In this document: one piece after another, positions 37,865-49,175 of the stretch
Position numbering within the stretch: position 1 is the stretch's first letter
Layout of the letters: the number at the start of each line of letters is the position of its first letter
NCBI GenBank assembly: GCA_025786725.1
Contig: JAHLTZ010000034.1
Coordinates: 62,001 to 126,000, forward strand
Length of the DNA: 64,000 nucleotides
Direction: 5' to 3'
DNA from: Syncephalis fuscata S228
Lineage: Eukaryota; Fungi; Zoopagomycota
Translations under genes and position numbers: made by a program
Notes under the pieces: generated by a model
Told to the model about the DNA's origin: nothing
Database searches by the model: none
The model's input: only the letters and a program-made list of their open reading frames with translations

Positions 37865-38787
37865 ATGTCGGCACCATTGGTAGTAATGCCGCAAAGCGAA
37901 GAGGTACAAAACAAGGACAAACAGACTAAAACACTTTCCATACTGCTTACTGGCTTTGAGGTAATTTACAAAAAGTAAAATAGTTAGCTAGATAGACTGA
38001 CTAATACTTTATGGGCTATTGCTGGCTATGTAGCCGTTTGGGCATCCACGACCACCCACTAATCCGTCTTGGGAGCTACTAAAGCCGTTAAATAATACAG
38101 AAATTGAGCTTGAAGGCCGGCGGATTCAGCTGCACTGCCGTGAGTTACCGGTTGTTTATGAAAAGGCAAAAAAGATGGTATTTGAATTGCATCGGACATC
38201 TCGTTCAACTGCCAATTTAGGTGATGCATCCGACGCTGACCTCGTAGGCTATGATATGTACATTCATATTGGGCAAGGAGGCCTAGGATCGGTTTTTATT
38301 GAACAACAGGCCCGTAATGGTCCCTACAGCCGACAAGATAATGACCAACACATTCCATCGCATCCGTATTGCGAAGGATTGGATGGCGATGATAATAGCA
38401 AGTACCCACTGCATACATATCATCCTGTTTATCGTACTCGTATCGATGTGTTAGCATTACATGAGTGGCTAACTAAAGAACGTTCATGGCCAGATGTTCG
38501 TATTAGCGAGGCAGGTATTAAGTGTTGATGTCGGTTTATTTCTAACTATTATTAATAATTAGGATCCTGGATTGTATCTTTGCGAATATGTATACTATCA
38601 TTCACTGCACGTCAGCCACGCCATGTCTAATACAACGGAGCCCGTATCTTCATCACTTGGCGATAAGTCTGAGAAGCCTGTTTTATTTATTCATGTACCC
38701 ACACCTAAGCATCCTTTCACTATTGATCAGCTTACTGCTTTGGTAAATGATGCAGTCTACTGGCTTGCCGAACATTATTTGAAGTAG
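37865..38787 (+). CDS. Pyroglutamyl-peptidase I (family C15), 3 exons
   Basis: LLTGFEPFG..NPSW, ELPVVY, IHIG, IEQQARN, SEDPGLYLCEYVYYHSL, LFIHVP (E-C-H triad). Confidence 0.9.
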
Positions 38788-39120
38788 TTGGTATTAGTTG
38801 CTGGATTGACAAATAAAAACTGATTATATAACGTTTCCCCCAAGTTACTACATAAATTAAAAGCAGAAATTAATTAAAACGGTATTAAATTTTCAGTTAT
38901 TTCATATGTTAAACTAAGTAAAAAACGGCAACTGAACAAAAAGCAAAATGATTTAAACAGCAGAGAGCGAAAGTCAAATGATTAATTTTAACAGTATTGT
39001 GCAGTTGAATATTTGCTCTATTGAATATGGGGCCGCGTAGTAAGAAATATTAATAAATGGAATGTATTTAATATATCATAGATTAATATATAGTAATATA
39101 AATATACAATGTTAATTATA

Positions 39121-39380
39121 TATATGGGTGTACTGAATATATGCATACTGGATAATGAATTTATGCTGATGAGTATTTGATAATTGATGTCACTCACCGC
39201 CCATCATCATGTTCAATAGATTGGATGTTGTTAAAAATAGTCATTTGACTATCAAACAAACAATAAATGTGATGATGTAATGATTAAATAAAACTCACCA
39301 CTTGTTTCCATGTTCAATTGCGCGAATGTTATTAAAAGGTCGTTTGACCCCAAATCACATTAAATAGCTAATAAATGACT
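39121..39380 (+). repeat. Dispersed repeat family, copy A
   Basis: Shares atatatgcatactgga..tgatgagtatttga..ccatcatcatgttca..tttgacccc with 48811-49027 and, inverted, with 47965-48135. Confidence 0.8.
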
Positions 39381-39842
39381 TTACAACAACGACAGCAATA
39401 AATAACACAGCTAAATTGTTAATTCTGCCTCTAGACTAACTTGTAAACTAGTTAAACAAACGAATAACAAACTTATCATATGCGCAATATTTGCTCTTTA
39501 ATGAAATGTGTATTCTGTGAACCAATAATTTGTATAGATCTCCCCAAACATACAAATGATAACCGCCAAATCAAACAGCGGTCATGGTCAGTGTTAATTG
39601 AGCCTTGACTGCTGTATAGATGTGACATGGATATACAGTTGTATGTAAGTGCGTGTAAGAGTAAACTAGAAGCTGTAAACGAGAGTGTAAAAACACCAAT
39701 GGCGTCTGCGTGTGTATACGTGTAAAGCAAGCAACCAAGCCAATATGTGAGAAAAAAGAAGAAAGTAGTGAATGTGTGTAATTGTAGTTAGTAAGTGGAG
39801 TAATTGTAGTAGTTGATGTAAAAGCTGTTGCCAAAAAAATGT

Positions 39843-41981
39843 CTACACTTGTGCGGGCGTGGGCGATGTCACTGCCGCTAGATCTGCCGTTGTAGCTGAC
39901 TGCTCCTCGGTGTTTAGTTCCTCGGCAGCAATTTCTTCTTCGTTGGGCGATGAAGGCATTGATGACATCTCATGTGTATAGTCTGGCGACTCGAATGAAG
40001 ATAGAGCAGCGCCATCAACGGCTGTGGCCATATCTGAAGACTCGGATTTGTCATTTACACCGCTTTGGTTAGCTGCTGCCGGGTTGACTGCACACATCCA
40101 AATGCGCGTCTTGTAGATCTTGAACAGGTCACGCACTAGTTCACGGAAATCAATACGACGATCGGCCACAAAGTAGAAGGTAAGCTTGCGTCGATCCCAC
40201 TGGTATTCAGCATCGACAACTTCCATAGGCAATTTACGCTGCTTGATCTTCTGTTGGCAAAGCGCTAACGACTTGGCTTCGTCTTGGCTTTTTTGTACTA
40301 GCAATGTCACTTCGCCTGGCTGTGCTAGACGATAAATACGTTTAGGATGGATTTCCTTATTGCCACGGTGCAAATCTGGCATTTGCTCAGCTTGTTGACG
40401 CTGTAATTGTTGGACTTGAATAGGAGTAATACGATCGTTGGTTACTTTGCCAAGATCTTTGCCACGATCGGCCTCCACAATGACCAAGTCTCCTTTTTTG
40501 ACCATGCCATTCATAGCATCGCTTACATAGTAAAGATCAGATCGGCCGGCCTTAAACTCTACGATGTACAACGGTGTCTGATTTGGAATGGCAGCAAGTG
40601 GTACACCTTTGCCGATATCAGCAATTGAACGACGACGTGGCATAGCGCTGTCTTGATTGAATTCATCAAGCTCTTCAGCTGGTAAACTACCATAAGGACT
40701 GGTACGTACATCGCCAAGTTGAAGTGAATCAAGTGCATCAGCCAACATACGATGTTGAGATGATCCAAGACCGCCGTTCATACCACCACCACCGTTATTG
40801 CTACCTCCGTAGGATAGTGTAGCAGTAGCTAACGAGTGGCGTCGTTGGCCAAGTAAAGCAAAGTCAGGAGAAAGGCCGCCACCAGTATTGCCGCTGGAGG
40901 GTACACCCAGTCGTTGCGATCCAGAGCGTTGTATGCCACTAGGAGGCCCGAATGGCTGGCGTGGACTTTCTGAGCTGTATGGCACTGGTGCCAACGATAG
41001 ACGGCGTATTTGTGCCAATCTCTCCAAACGATCTGGTGTCGATAAAAGCGTTGGTTGTGCTGCTCCGCCTACCGGTTGACCTGGGCGATCAAAATAAACA
41101 CTGCCGTAGCCAGGCGGTGGCTGAGTTGCAGCACTGAATGAGCGACGGTGGGCAGCCGAGTTGGGATTAATGCCAATAGGTAGTCCACGAGCAGCCAGGC
41201 TGGCGCGTAGTGCATTCAAGTCAGTGTCGTGCTGATAGGAGCTACGACGGCCGGCAAGCAATGGGTTTGCACTCTGTAGCGTTTGGCCACCTGGGTTATT
41301 AAACGTAGAACGGGATCGGCTTTGGCGAATTCGATTCGTAATAATGCGTGCATATTCTTCTTCAGTTAACTCTTCATCAAGTGAAGCCAAATAAGCAGGG
41401 TTCAACTCTTCATCAATTACGCTGCTGCTGGCACCAAACTTTGCAGCTGCATCGGCAAATGTGTCGCCTTGCCCAACCGAATACGATGAGCTACGATAAT
41501 TACGGAAAGGTGGCTCTTCTGAGTTGCTGTTAGAAGCAAAAGATACTTCCGATTCTACACCATTACCCGCTGGACGAAGACGACTAACACCCGACTGTTC
41601 TTTCCAAATACTAGTGTTTTGGAATGGAAGACCAAGGCCAGAAAATTTACCAAATCCAGGTGCCGATGGACGACGTTGCATAAGGATAGAGTCGCTATCG
41701 CTGCCCGAAAGAGATGGTGCCAAACCAACAGCACCTACCTCGCTATGCTCGGCGCTGTTCTCGTCAACCTCTTTAAGATCAGATAGTCGTCGAGGGCCTT
41801 TGGTAGCACTAAATGCACGGCGTGGCGCTGTACTGGATGAAGTAGAAGTGGAGGCTGGCGTAGAGGTCGGCTTCCAGTCTGGATCCGGTAACAGTGAGCC
41901 AGCTGTCGTCGTCGTAGTCGCAGAAGCAGGAGACGCAAGCTTCCGTTCACCGGTGGCGCCAGCGCCCAAAGCCTCGTCCAT
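39843..41981 (-). CDS. PSP1 C-terminal-domain protein with a long disordered N-terminus; two small upstream exons (42074-42132, 42233-42247)
   Basis: LYIVEFKAGRSD, GDLVIVEADRGKDLG, MEVVDAEYQWDRRKLTFYF, IDFRELVRDLFKIYKTRIWM. Confidence 0.9.
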   Translation of the reverse strand: MDEALGAGATGERKLASPASATTTTTAGSLLPDPDWKPTSTPASTSTSSSTAPRRAFSATKGPRRLSDLKEVDENSAEHSEVGAVGLAPSLSGSDSDSILMQRRPSAPGFGKFSGLGLPFQNTSIWKEQSGVSRLRPAGNGVESEVSFASNSNSEEPPFRNYRSSSYSVGQGDTFADAAAKFGASSSVIDEELNPAYLASLDEELTEEEYARIITNRIRQSRSRSTFNNPGGQTLQSANPLLAGRRSSYQHDTDLNALRASLAARGLPIGINPNSAAHRRSFSAATQPPPGYGSVYFDRPGQPVGGAAQPTLLSTPDRLERLAQIRRLSLAPVPYSSESPRQPFGPPSGIQRSGSQRLGVPSSGNTGGGLSPDFALLGQRRHSLATATLSYGGSNNGGGGMNGGLGSSQHRMLADALDSLQLGDVRTSPYGSLPAEELDEFNQDSAMPRRRSIADIGKGVPLAAIPNQTPLYIVEFKAGRSDLYYVSDAMNGMVKKGDLVIVEADRGKDLGKVTNDRITPIQVQQLQRQQAEQMPDLHRGNKEIHPKRIYRLAQPGEVTLLVQKSQDEAKSLALCQQKIKQRKLPMEVVDAEYQWDRRKLTFYFVADRRIDFRELVRDLFKIYKTRIWMCAVNPAAANQSGVNDKSESSDMATAVDGAALSSFESPDYTHEMSSMPSSPNEEEIAAEELNTEEQSATTADLAAVTSPTPAQV

Positions 41982-44528
41982 TTTGTCGTCCTAGATTATT
42001 CATTGCCGTTTAAATCAGCCAATAATTCTTACTTGATCGAAGCTGATTAACAGAATTGTTTAAATGCACTTACACCGGTCGCTGTTGTTTTTGTAGATTC
42101 TTGTCTTGTGACGAAGCAGTATCGGCCGAAAGCTAAACATGTCGTATTAGTTATTTGTACGATAATATAATACATGCACAGTTGCTTTTTCTTTAACTTT
42201 GGCGTTAAAACAGCTGCAAATTAATTACTTACCTCCATGTTCGTCATTACAACTTAACGTAGTTGGTATTCAAACGACAGTATAGGAAAATTCTAAAGGT
42301 ATGCTCTAGTTAGTATTCTGGTCTTTCATGCAATATATATGTGTCGGTGCAGTAAGATGCAGCTGTTGTAAGCATATGACCGGTGCGTCATATCGCCACC
42401 CTTATTGCACATCTCCACGAAGGCTTTAGCTATATAAGCTGCGTCGTTTCAATTGATACTAATATCGAAATCCGCTATTAGAACTAGCCGGCACTTGTGT
42501 CAACTACCACCACATCGCATAATTTATCTCATATTTGGCTATACCTTCGCCATCCTTACCAGAGTAATAGTGTATATTCGATGGTAACGCAATAAACAAT
42601 CTTTGTCAGTTTAGTAGCAATAATAGTAGCTGTAGTAGTTGTAATAGCGAAAATAATAAGATGAGCAAAACACCAGTAGCAAAGTGCGTGTGTAAGCGCG
42701 CGCGCTAGTTATCAGTCAATAAAGGTGTGGACAGAGTGTGCACACCAAGAGCGAAGCAATAAGGAACGTGGTCCACACACACACACGTGCGTATGATGGG
42801 AAACGAAAATGGAACAAGTTCAGTAGCAGCCACAAGCAGCACACGACGCAGGCGTGCGTGTGCGTATATGTGTGGATGTGTGTACAAGGGATACCGCGCG
42901 CGCGCGAGCGAGAATGACAGGAAAGTAAGTAGTAAAGCAAAGTATATGCGAAGAGAAGATTGAAAGGAGATGAGCTCTGAGTTTAGGGGCGCTGGATACC
43001 AACCGATAGGACAGGTGCCGTGTGTGAGAGTAAGTGTGTGTGTGAGTGGGTGAGTAAGTGAGGAGAAAAAGGGATGAGAACTCGTTTGTATGGTTTAATT
43101 TTGTGTGCAAATGGACGAATACTGCCAAATAGAGAGAAATAAGAGAGTGGAAAAGTACAAGTGTATAGATTGGACCAGTAATATTCGGGTAATAGTGTTG
43201 CGGCAATTTGGCATCCCAGTTATTTAATATCATTATACGGAATATTATTAAGATGTAATGACAAGAGCTATCATCATATGATTATCATAATTGTATGGGG
43301 CATGTGTATAGAGTGTGCTGCCTTTCACAGACCATCAGCACGCATGCTGTGTTCAGGCAACATGACAGGCCGAGTGCATGTGATCACCCTAGCCACTCAA
43401 CTCTATGTATGTATATGTGTATGCGTGTATGTATGTATAGCAACGTGTCAATCCTTTTTCTCCTCTAATAAGCACTTTAGCTATTATTATCTAATTGTAG
43501 CTATAAAGATGCGCTGATACGCTTATGAAAATAGATTGCCCCATTGTCCAATCACTGTCTAACAGCGCTATGCAGGTGGTAAATGAAAATGGATACAAAT
43601 GTAGAAAAAACAGGTTCCGTCATATCAAAAAGAGTATGGACGCGCACGCGCAACTATGGAACGGAGCTGTAGTTGTTCCGATCAAATCCCCAGCCTTGTA
43701 GTCAATAGTATAGACACCTACCCATGGATGTATAGATGTGTGGACATATAGATGCATCATTGGATGTAGGAATTTAGAGTGTATTATACGTATATAGCAT
43801 ACGCGTTTTGACAATCCATTTGTTTTTGTAAATACATAGTATAAATAAAGTATTAAAAAGTCAATGGTTTGCCGCCACTATGAGCATCACTGACTACTGA
43901 ATGATGTAGATGCATCAATGAGTAACATACTAAGTAAAATAGCTTACCGGAAGTAATAGAAATAATAATAATAATAATAATGGTGATGACGATAATAGTG
44001 GTAGAGAGCAATGATAGTGGCAATAGAGCAGCAACAAGATAGTAGTAGTAGTAGTGGAGTGTAGTAAAGTTGTAGTTATAAAAGAAAGAAGTAAGTTTTA
44101 TTGAAAAAGTATATTGGCCTATTGATTGACTGTCAGTCAAACTGACATTGGTGGTGACAGCCCATTCTCACGATAAATACCTATTATTATAGCTAGACTC
44201 CGACCATAGGCAATTTACTTATTTAATCAATCCTGTGAGCTGGTCTAAAAGTAGCATTAGTGGATTTATTTAGTTAGCTGTCTTTTGTTTATGTTAAATA
44301 ATTACATTAGTAAATGTGTGCTGTGTCATTTAATTTTAATTTATTACTTTAAAAGTATGTAACAATAATATAGCCTAAACTGCAGTTTGATTTCAAAAAT
44401 GTAAAGCAAAAAAGATTATAAGTTTTGAAATGTTTCATAAATAGTAATTCAAAATTAGTAATGGTTATTAAAAAAACCATTATAGTTATTTATATCTTGA
44501 TTCTAAAGTTGATAAACTTCAAGAAATA

Positions 44529-45120
44529 CTAGCTTCTTCGAAACCAATCCGGTATAATACCGTTAATCGTAGACTATCAAGAATATGTTTGAGATTCAAA
44601 GCAGCAACCAAGTCACAATTCCATAATCTTGCACCCATAAAAGTTTCATGAGCTTTCTTACAATGTTGGTTTGCGCACCTACAAACAATCTAGATGTTAG
44701 AATAAAATATACGCTTTGTATTTAGTCCATAAATTATAGTACCTTAAAGTCTATAGCACTTTACTCTTGCACAATTTTTATGTTAATACGGAAGTGGATT
44801 ATCAATTATTTGAATGTTTCTAAACTTTGAGCTTGACCAGTGGGACAGGTTTTAGAGCTATTATACGCATCAATTAAAACATGTTGAACAACTATTTTAA
44901 AGCATACGCTTCAAGCCAGCACCTTGAATAGGTTTTTTTAAAAATTTACATGACTTGCAGGCCAGTTACCAAATACCAAAGTAGCATTATCAAACTTGGA
45001 TTTAATCTTATTGATGAGCTTTTGGTCCGCTTGCTATTGTTTAATGTACAAATATAGTTTTAGTTTTCTGAATAGCCAGTTTTATTTGATAGAGTCTATA
45101 TTTGTTTGGTGAGTGTAGTA
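44529..45120 (-). pseudogene. Decayed Fanzor (eukaryotic TnpB-like RNA-guided nuclease), relic 2, with a spliceosomal intron at 44679-44742
   Basis: LFRKLKLYLYIKQ*QADQKLINKIKSKFDNATLVFGNWPA..PIQGAGLKRML..VLIDAYNSSKTCPT..SLETFK..NPLPY..KCYRL|CANQHC..RLWNCDLVAALNLKHILDSLR..GIIPDWF; many stops and frameshifts. Confidence 0.85.
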
Positions 45121-45766
45121 TATTAGAGATTGAATGAATAAAACTGTTATTTGTGTTTATATGTTAAAGCATGCAGTTAATTTCATTAATTATAACTTTG
45201 TTGTCATAGTATTTGAAATGATTGAAGTCATTGCTTAATCTATATTATTGCGCTTTATTATATCCATTGCTATTTGGCAAACATAGAAATGACATGTAAC
45301 AGCTCATATATACATTGGTGTATAATATTACGGACAATTAGTTCCATCATGAAGAGAAAAACTGTACAAAAGTTGTGGTGGCTGATTAAAAAAGAATTAG
45401 CACTACGTGATGGTTACTAAAATTGGAAATATAAACAAATGAAAATTAAATTACTAGCAGCTTCTATTTAGCACGCTTTAATTACAAATTAACACCATTT
45501 CACACCATCAGTATGTACGTTCAACAGCTTGGTTATAATTGTCAGCCATATTTATTCTTTGTTTTTTAATGTTTTTATTTAATAAAATATGGTGGTTAAA
45601 ACCAGCTTAAACAAAAAATTAATCACGTTATTTTATTAATACTATTCTAAATACACGTTTTAAGTATCTTGTTTGATAATCTAAAATGGTATTCAGCGTG
45701 TGTTGACATTTTTTATGGTATTTTATTTTTGATTGAATAACTGGTAGGTACTTAATCAAAGTAGTT

Positions 45767-47704
45767 ATGTCTCATATGCAACAGTTTATTTCTTATTTGC
45801 TTTTATTGGTATTTTTCCCCATATAACTAAGTCATACAATTGTTTTCAATACAACAGCTAGTTTTAACAATGATATCAAGACAAGCACAACAACTGGCGA
45901 TATTTACACCATTGCTATTTTGTTCAACACAATACTTTGCTGTAGACAGTGCCAAAACATATAAAAATGATTTCTACACAATACCTAGATTCAATTGTCC
46001 TTTTATTAGCTCTAAAATTACCGGCAAAAAATTTATGTGACACCTTACTATGTGTCCACCGGTGTTAAAACACTTCACGCCATGGGCTTCAAAGGAAAAG
46101 ACGTAAAACTTGGAATTATTGATGCTGGTATTAATTTAAACACTGGTGCATTTAAAAGGAATTATAATTATAATCACAATTTTGTGGATGCAAGTCATAG
46201 AAAGATTAAAGATACATCTGAATGCAATAAACGCGGTGTAAGTTTAGCTGGAATTGCTGTTGCAAAATCCAATCATTTTACTGGAGTTGCACCCAAGGCA
46301 ACACTTGACGCCTATCGCGTATTTGGCTGCACGAGTCCAACTTTAACTTTATTGATGTTGCAAGCTATAGCAGCAGCAATCAAGGATCAAATGAAAATTT
46401 TGTATTACCGAAGATTGCCATTGTAGATGAATACAGTACTAAACTAAAAGAAACGATAGAATATGTTGCAAACATGGCGTGATTATGATTGTTGCAGCAT
46501 CAGCCAATAATTTTATGAATCCAAATTACTTTTCATATCAAGGCCTTCCTGTATTAAGTGTTGGTGGTTTTAAACAAAAGTATCGACTATCGCACTGGTT
46601 TGAGGAGAAAACAACTGGCCGTCGTATTAAGTTTATGTCTCATGTCAACATGAGCTATGACTTTAACAAAGAAATGAATATTATTCCTAAAAATATCAAT
46701 GACAAATTAAACGAACATCTTACTGGGCTTAAAAGAGGAGACATTGCACTTGTGTGGTATGATAAATCAAAAACTCCTTATTTGTTAAAGTATGCCAAAA
46801 CAATAAGAATGACTGGACTTATCATCGTAAACGGTCCTTACCAAAAAAGACAAAAATGCGATATGCCTTTATTTGATATCAATGAAAAAGATGCTATATT
46901 TATAGAAGAAGGCTATGCGAATAAGCTTGGATACAAATATATTTTTGCAGAAAAGTATGGCTACATTAAAGATGGCAGTGTTACTGTCGATACAGCTGGA
47001 CCGCAGAATGAACCATTTATACCGCCTTTCTATCCTGACATCTTGGCACCAAGTCACGAAATCTACACTACTACCACTCGTAAAACAATAAGCAAACCTC
47101 ATTTCAGCGATATATCAGCTGCTGTTGCATATGTTGCCGGTGCAGCTGCATTGATAGCTGAAATTGATAGCAAGAGTTTGGTTGATGTTAACCATGCCAG
47201 AACTATATTACAAAACAGCGCAGTTCCCGTCAAAGTCAGTAATGCAGATCCTATGCTTCTGCATTATATCAAGGCTCCGGTATAATCAATCTTACCAAAC
47301 TAATAGATACTAAAAGTGTTCATGTTGAACCATCGTTAATTAATTTGGAGGACACGTATACCAACGCAGTGGATGTATTGATCAAACTTTCACCTCTATC
47401 TGACACATCAGCATCGTATAAACTTTCACATATTCCAGCCGCTGCAGTTTTGAAATCAAAACCTATTAGCAATACATCGTCAGGAAAACATGTGATTGCA
47501 ACCGTTTCCCTTCCAGGATCTATTGATTTACGACTAAATCAGATAAGCGAGATCAACATAAAGATTAGTGTGCCGAGGAATATACAAAATGGCGAAATAT
47601 GGTCATATTCCGGGTATATTGTAATTGATCCTAATCCAGGAATTAATGGATCACCATCGAACCATGCTGTTTATGTTCCATATTATGGAACAGTTAGAGG
47701 TTAA
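45767..47704 (+). pseudogene. Subtilisin-like (S8, PA-domain) secreted protease homolog, frameshifted and lacking the catalytic His
   Basis: KLGIIDAG, CNKRGVSLAGI (for HGTHVAGI), GVAPKATLDAYRVFGC, PDILAP, DISAAVAYVAGAAAL; at least four frame breaks; no introns seen. Confidence 0.75.
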
Positions 47705-47964
47705 ACAGCTTAGATATAGACTATGCTTAACATTGTTTTGTTATTTGTTGGCAGTATTGCTTTTATTGTGGCTTAACTAGTAAACATATTAGATTTCACT
47801 TTTACTTTTTGACTATTGTATTTAACATATTGTATGTTCTGTATGGTGTATTCAAATATTTTAATTTTTAAAAACTTAATTCTCTGTTGTGCAAGTCGAA
47901 TAAGCTGTATCAATCGTATAATATACTATATGTCATTTAACATTATTATACAATTTGTTTTTAC

Positions 47965-48135
47965 TAGCAATTTTACTAACCATTTAATATGATTTGGAGA
48001 CCAAGTGATTATACTGATTATTCACACATTTAAACTACACATCCAATCTACTGAGCATGATGATGTGTGGCGAATGGCATCAATCATCAAACACTCATCA
48101 TCATAGATCCATCATCTAGTATGCATATATACTCT
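47965..48135 (-). repeat. Dispersed repeat family, copy B (inverted)
   Basis: Reverse complement reads tatatgcatactagatgatggatctatgatgatgagtgtttgatgattgatg..catcatcatgctcagtagattggatgt. Confidence 0.75.
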
Positions 48136-48810
48136 ATCCACATATTGCTATATCATCGCATTCACACAGCATTACGTTATTGCTATTTACACCGATCTTA
48201 TTCCTGATAACCTCCAATTCCACACTGATCTATTGTTTTTTGACTTGTTATTACTACAGATGGCCTATTATCTGGTTCAAATGCCATCAGAATCATAACT
48301 AATTGCCATTAGCTAATTCGTTCATAATCAACTAGTAGTAATTAATTAAATAAATGCTTCTATAAGATGACAATTCTACACATACCTGTATTATTTATTC
48401 GATTGTTATAACTCAACGAGAAAAAAAGTGAACAAGTCAATTTGTATTATTAATATAGCTAGAACTAAACAAGTAACTGCGGTAGATAGTCTGTAGTCAT
48501 GCCAAAGTTATTGAGTATATATGCATGACCAATGAGCGGAATTAGTTGCCATTTGTTAATAATAGTGCTAGAACAAAAATAAAAACAGTTTGGATAGAGG
48601 AAGACTAGGCGAGTATAGAATGCTATGTAGAATGATAAATGTACGGTGATAAAGCATATAAAATAATGTTAAAGCTGTAAAGCATATAGTGCAATGAGTG
48701 GAATGAGTGAAGTGTAATGGAACATATAAACAATAGAATGTGTCTAGTATATCATAGAATGATATATAGTATTATAGAATAGAATGGGAATGATATAGAT
48801 AAATAATATA

Positions 48811-49027
48811 TATATGTGTACTAAATATATGCATACTGGATAACGAATCTATGATGATGAGTATTTGATGATTGATGTCATTCACCATCCATCATCATGT
48901 TCACTAGAACAACTTCTAGTTCAATTACGCGAATATAATCAAATAAAATCATTTGACCCCCAAACAACAATAAATATGATGATGTAATCATTAAATAAAA
49001 CTAACCACTTGCCCCATGTTCAATAGA
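48811..49027 (+). repeat. Dispersed repeat family, copy C
   Basis: Aligns by eye with 39121-39380. Confidence 0.8.
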
Positions 49028-49175
49028 ACAAATATTGGTGTTAGCAATACAAATATAATAATAATAGTAATAATAAAATGTTATAATCATAATAAAAATA
49101 AAACTATACTTTCAGTGCATATTTATTATCCAATAAACACTGCCCATATCCAGTTTGCATAAGATAGAAAGGCGC

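Noticed and set aside
42250-44200. Many short ORFs upstream of PSP1, and likewise in 55300-58330 upstream of CYC8 and 32350-33100
   Set aside because: They arise from CA/GT/TA microsatellite-rich regulatory DNA; no coding motifs and no recognisable RNase P/MRP or telomerase signature
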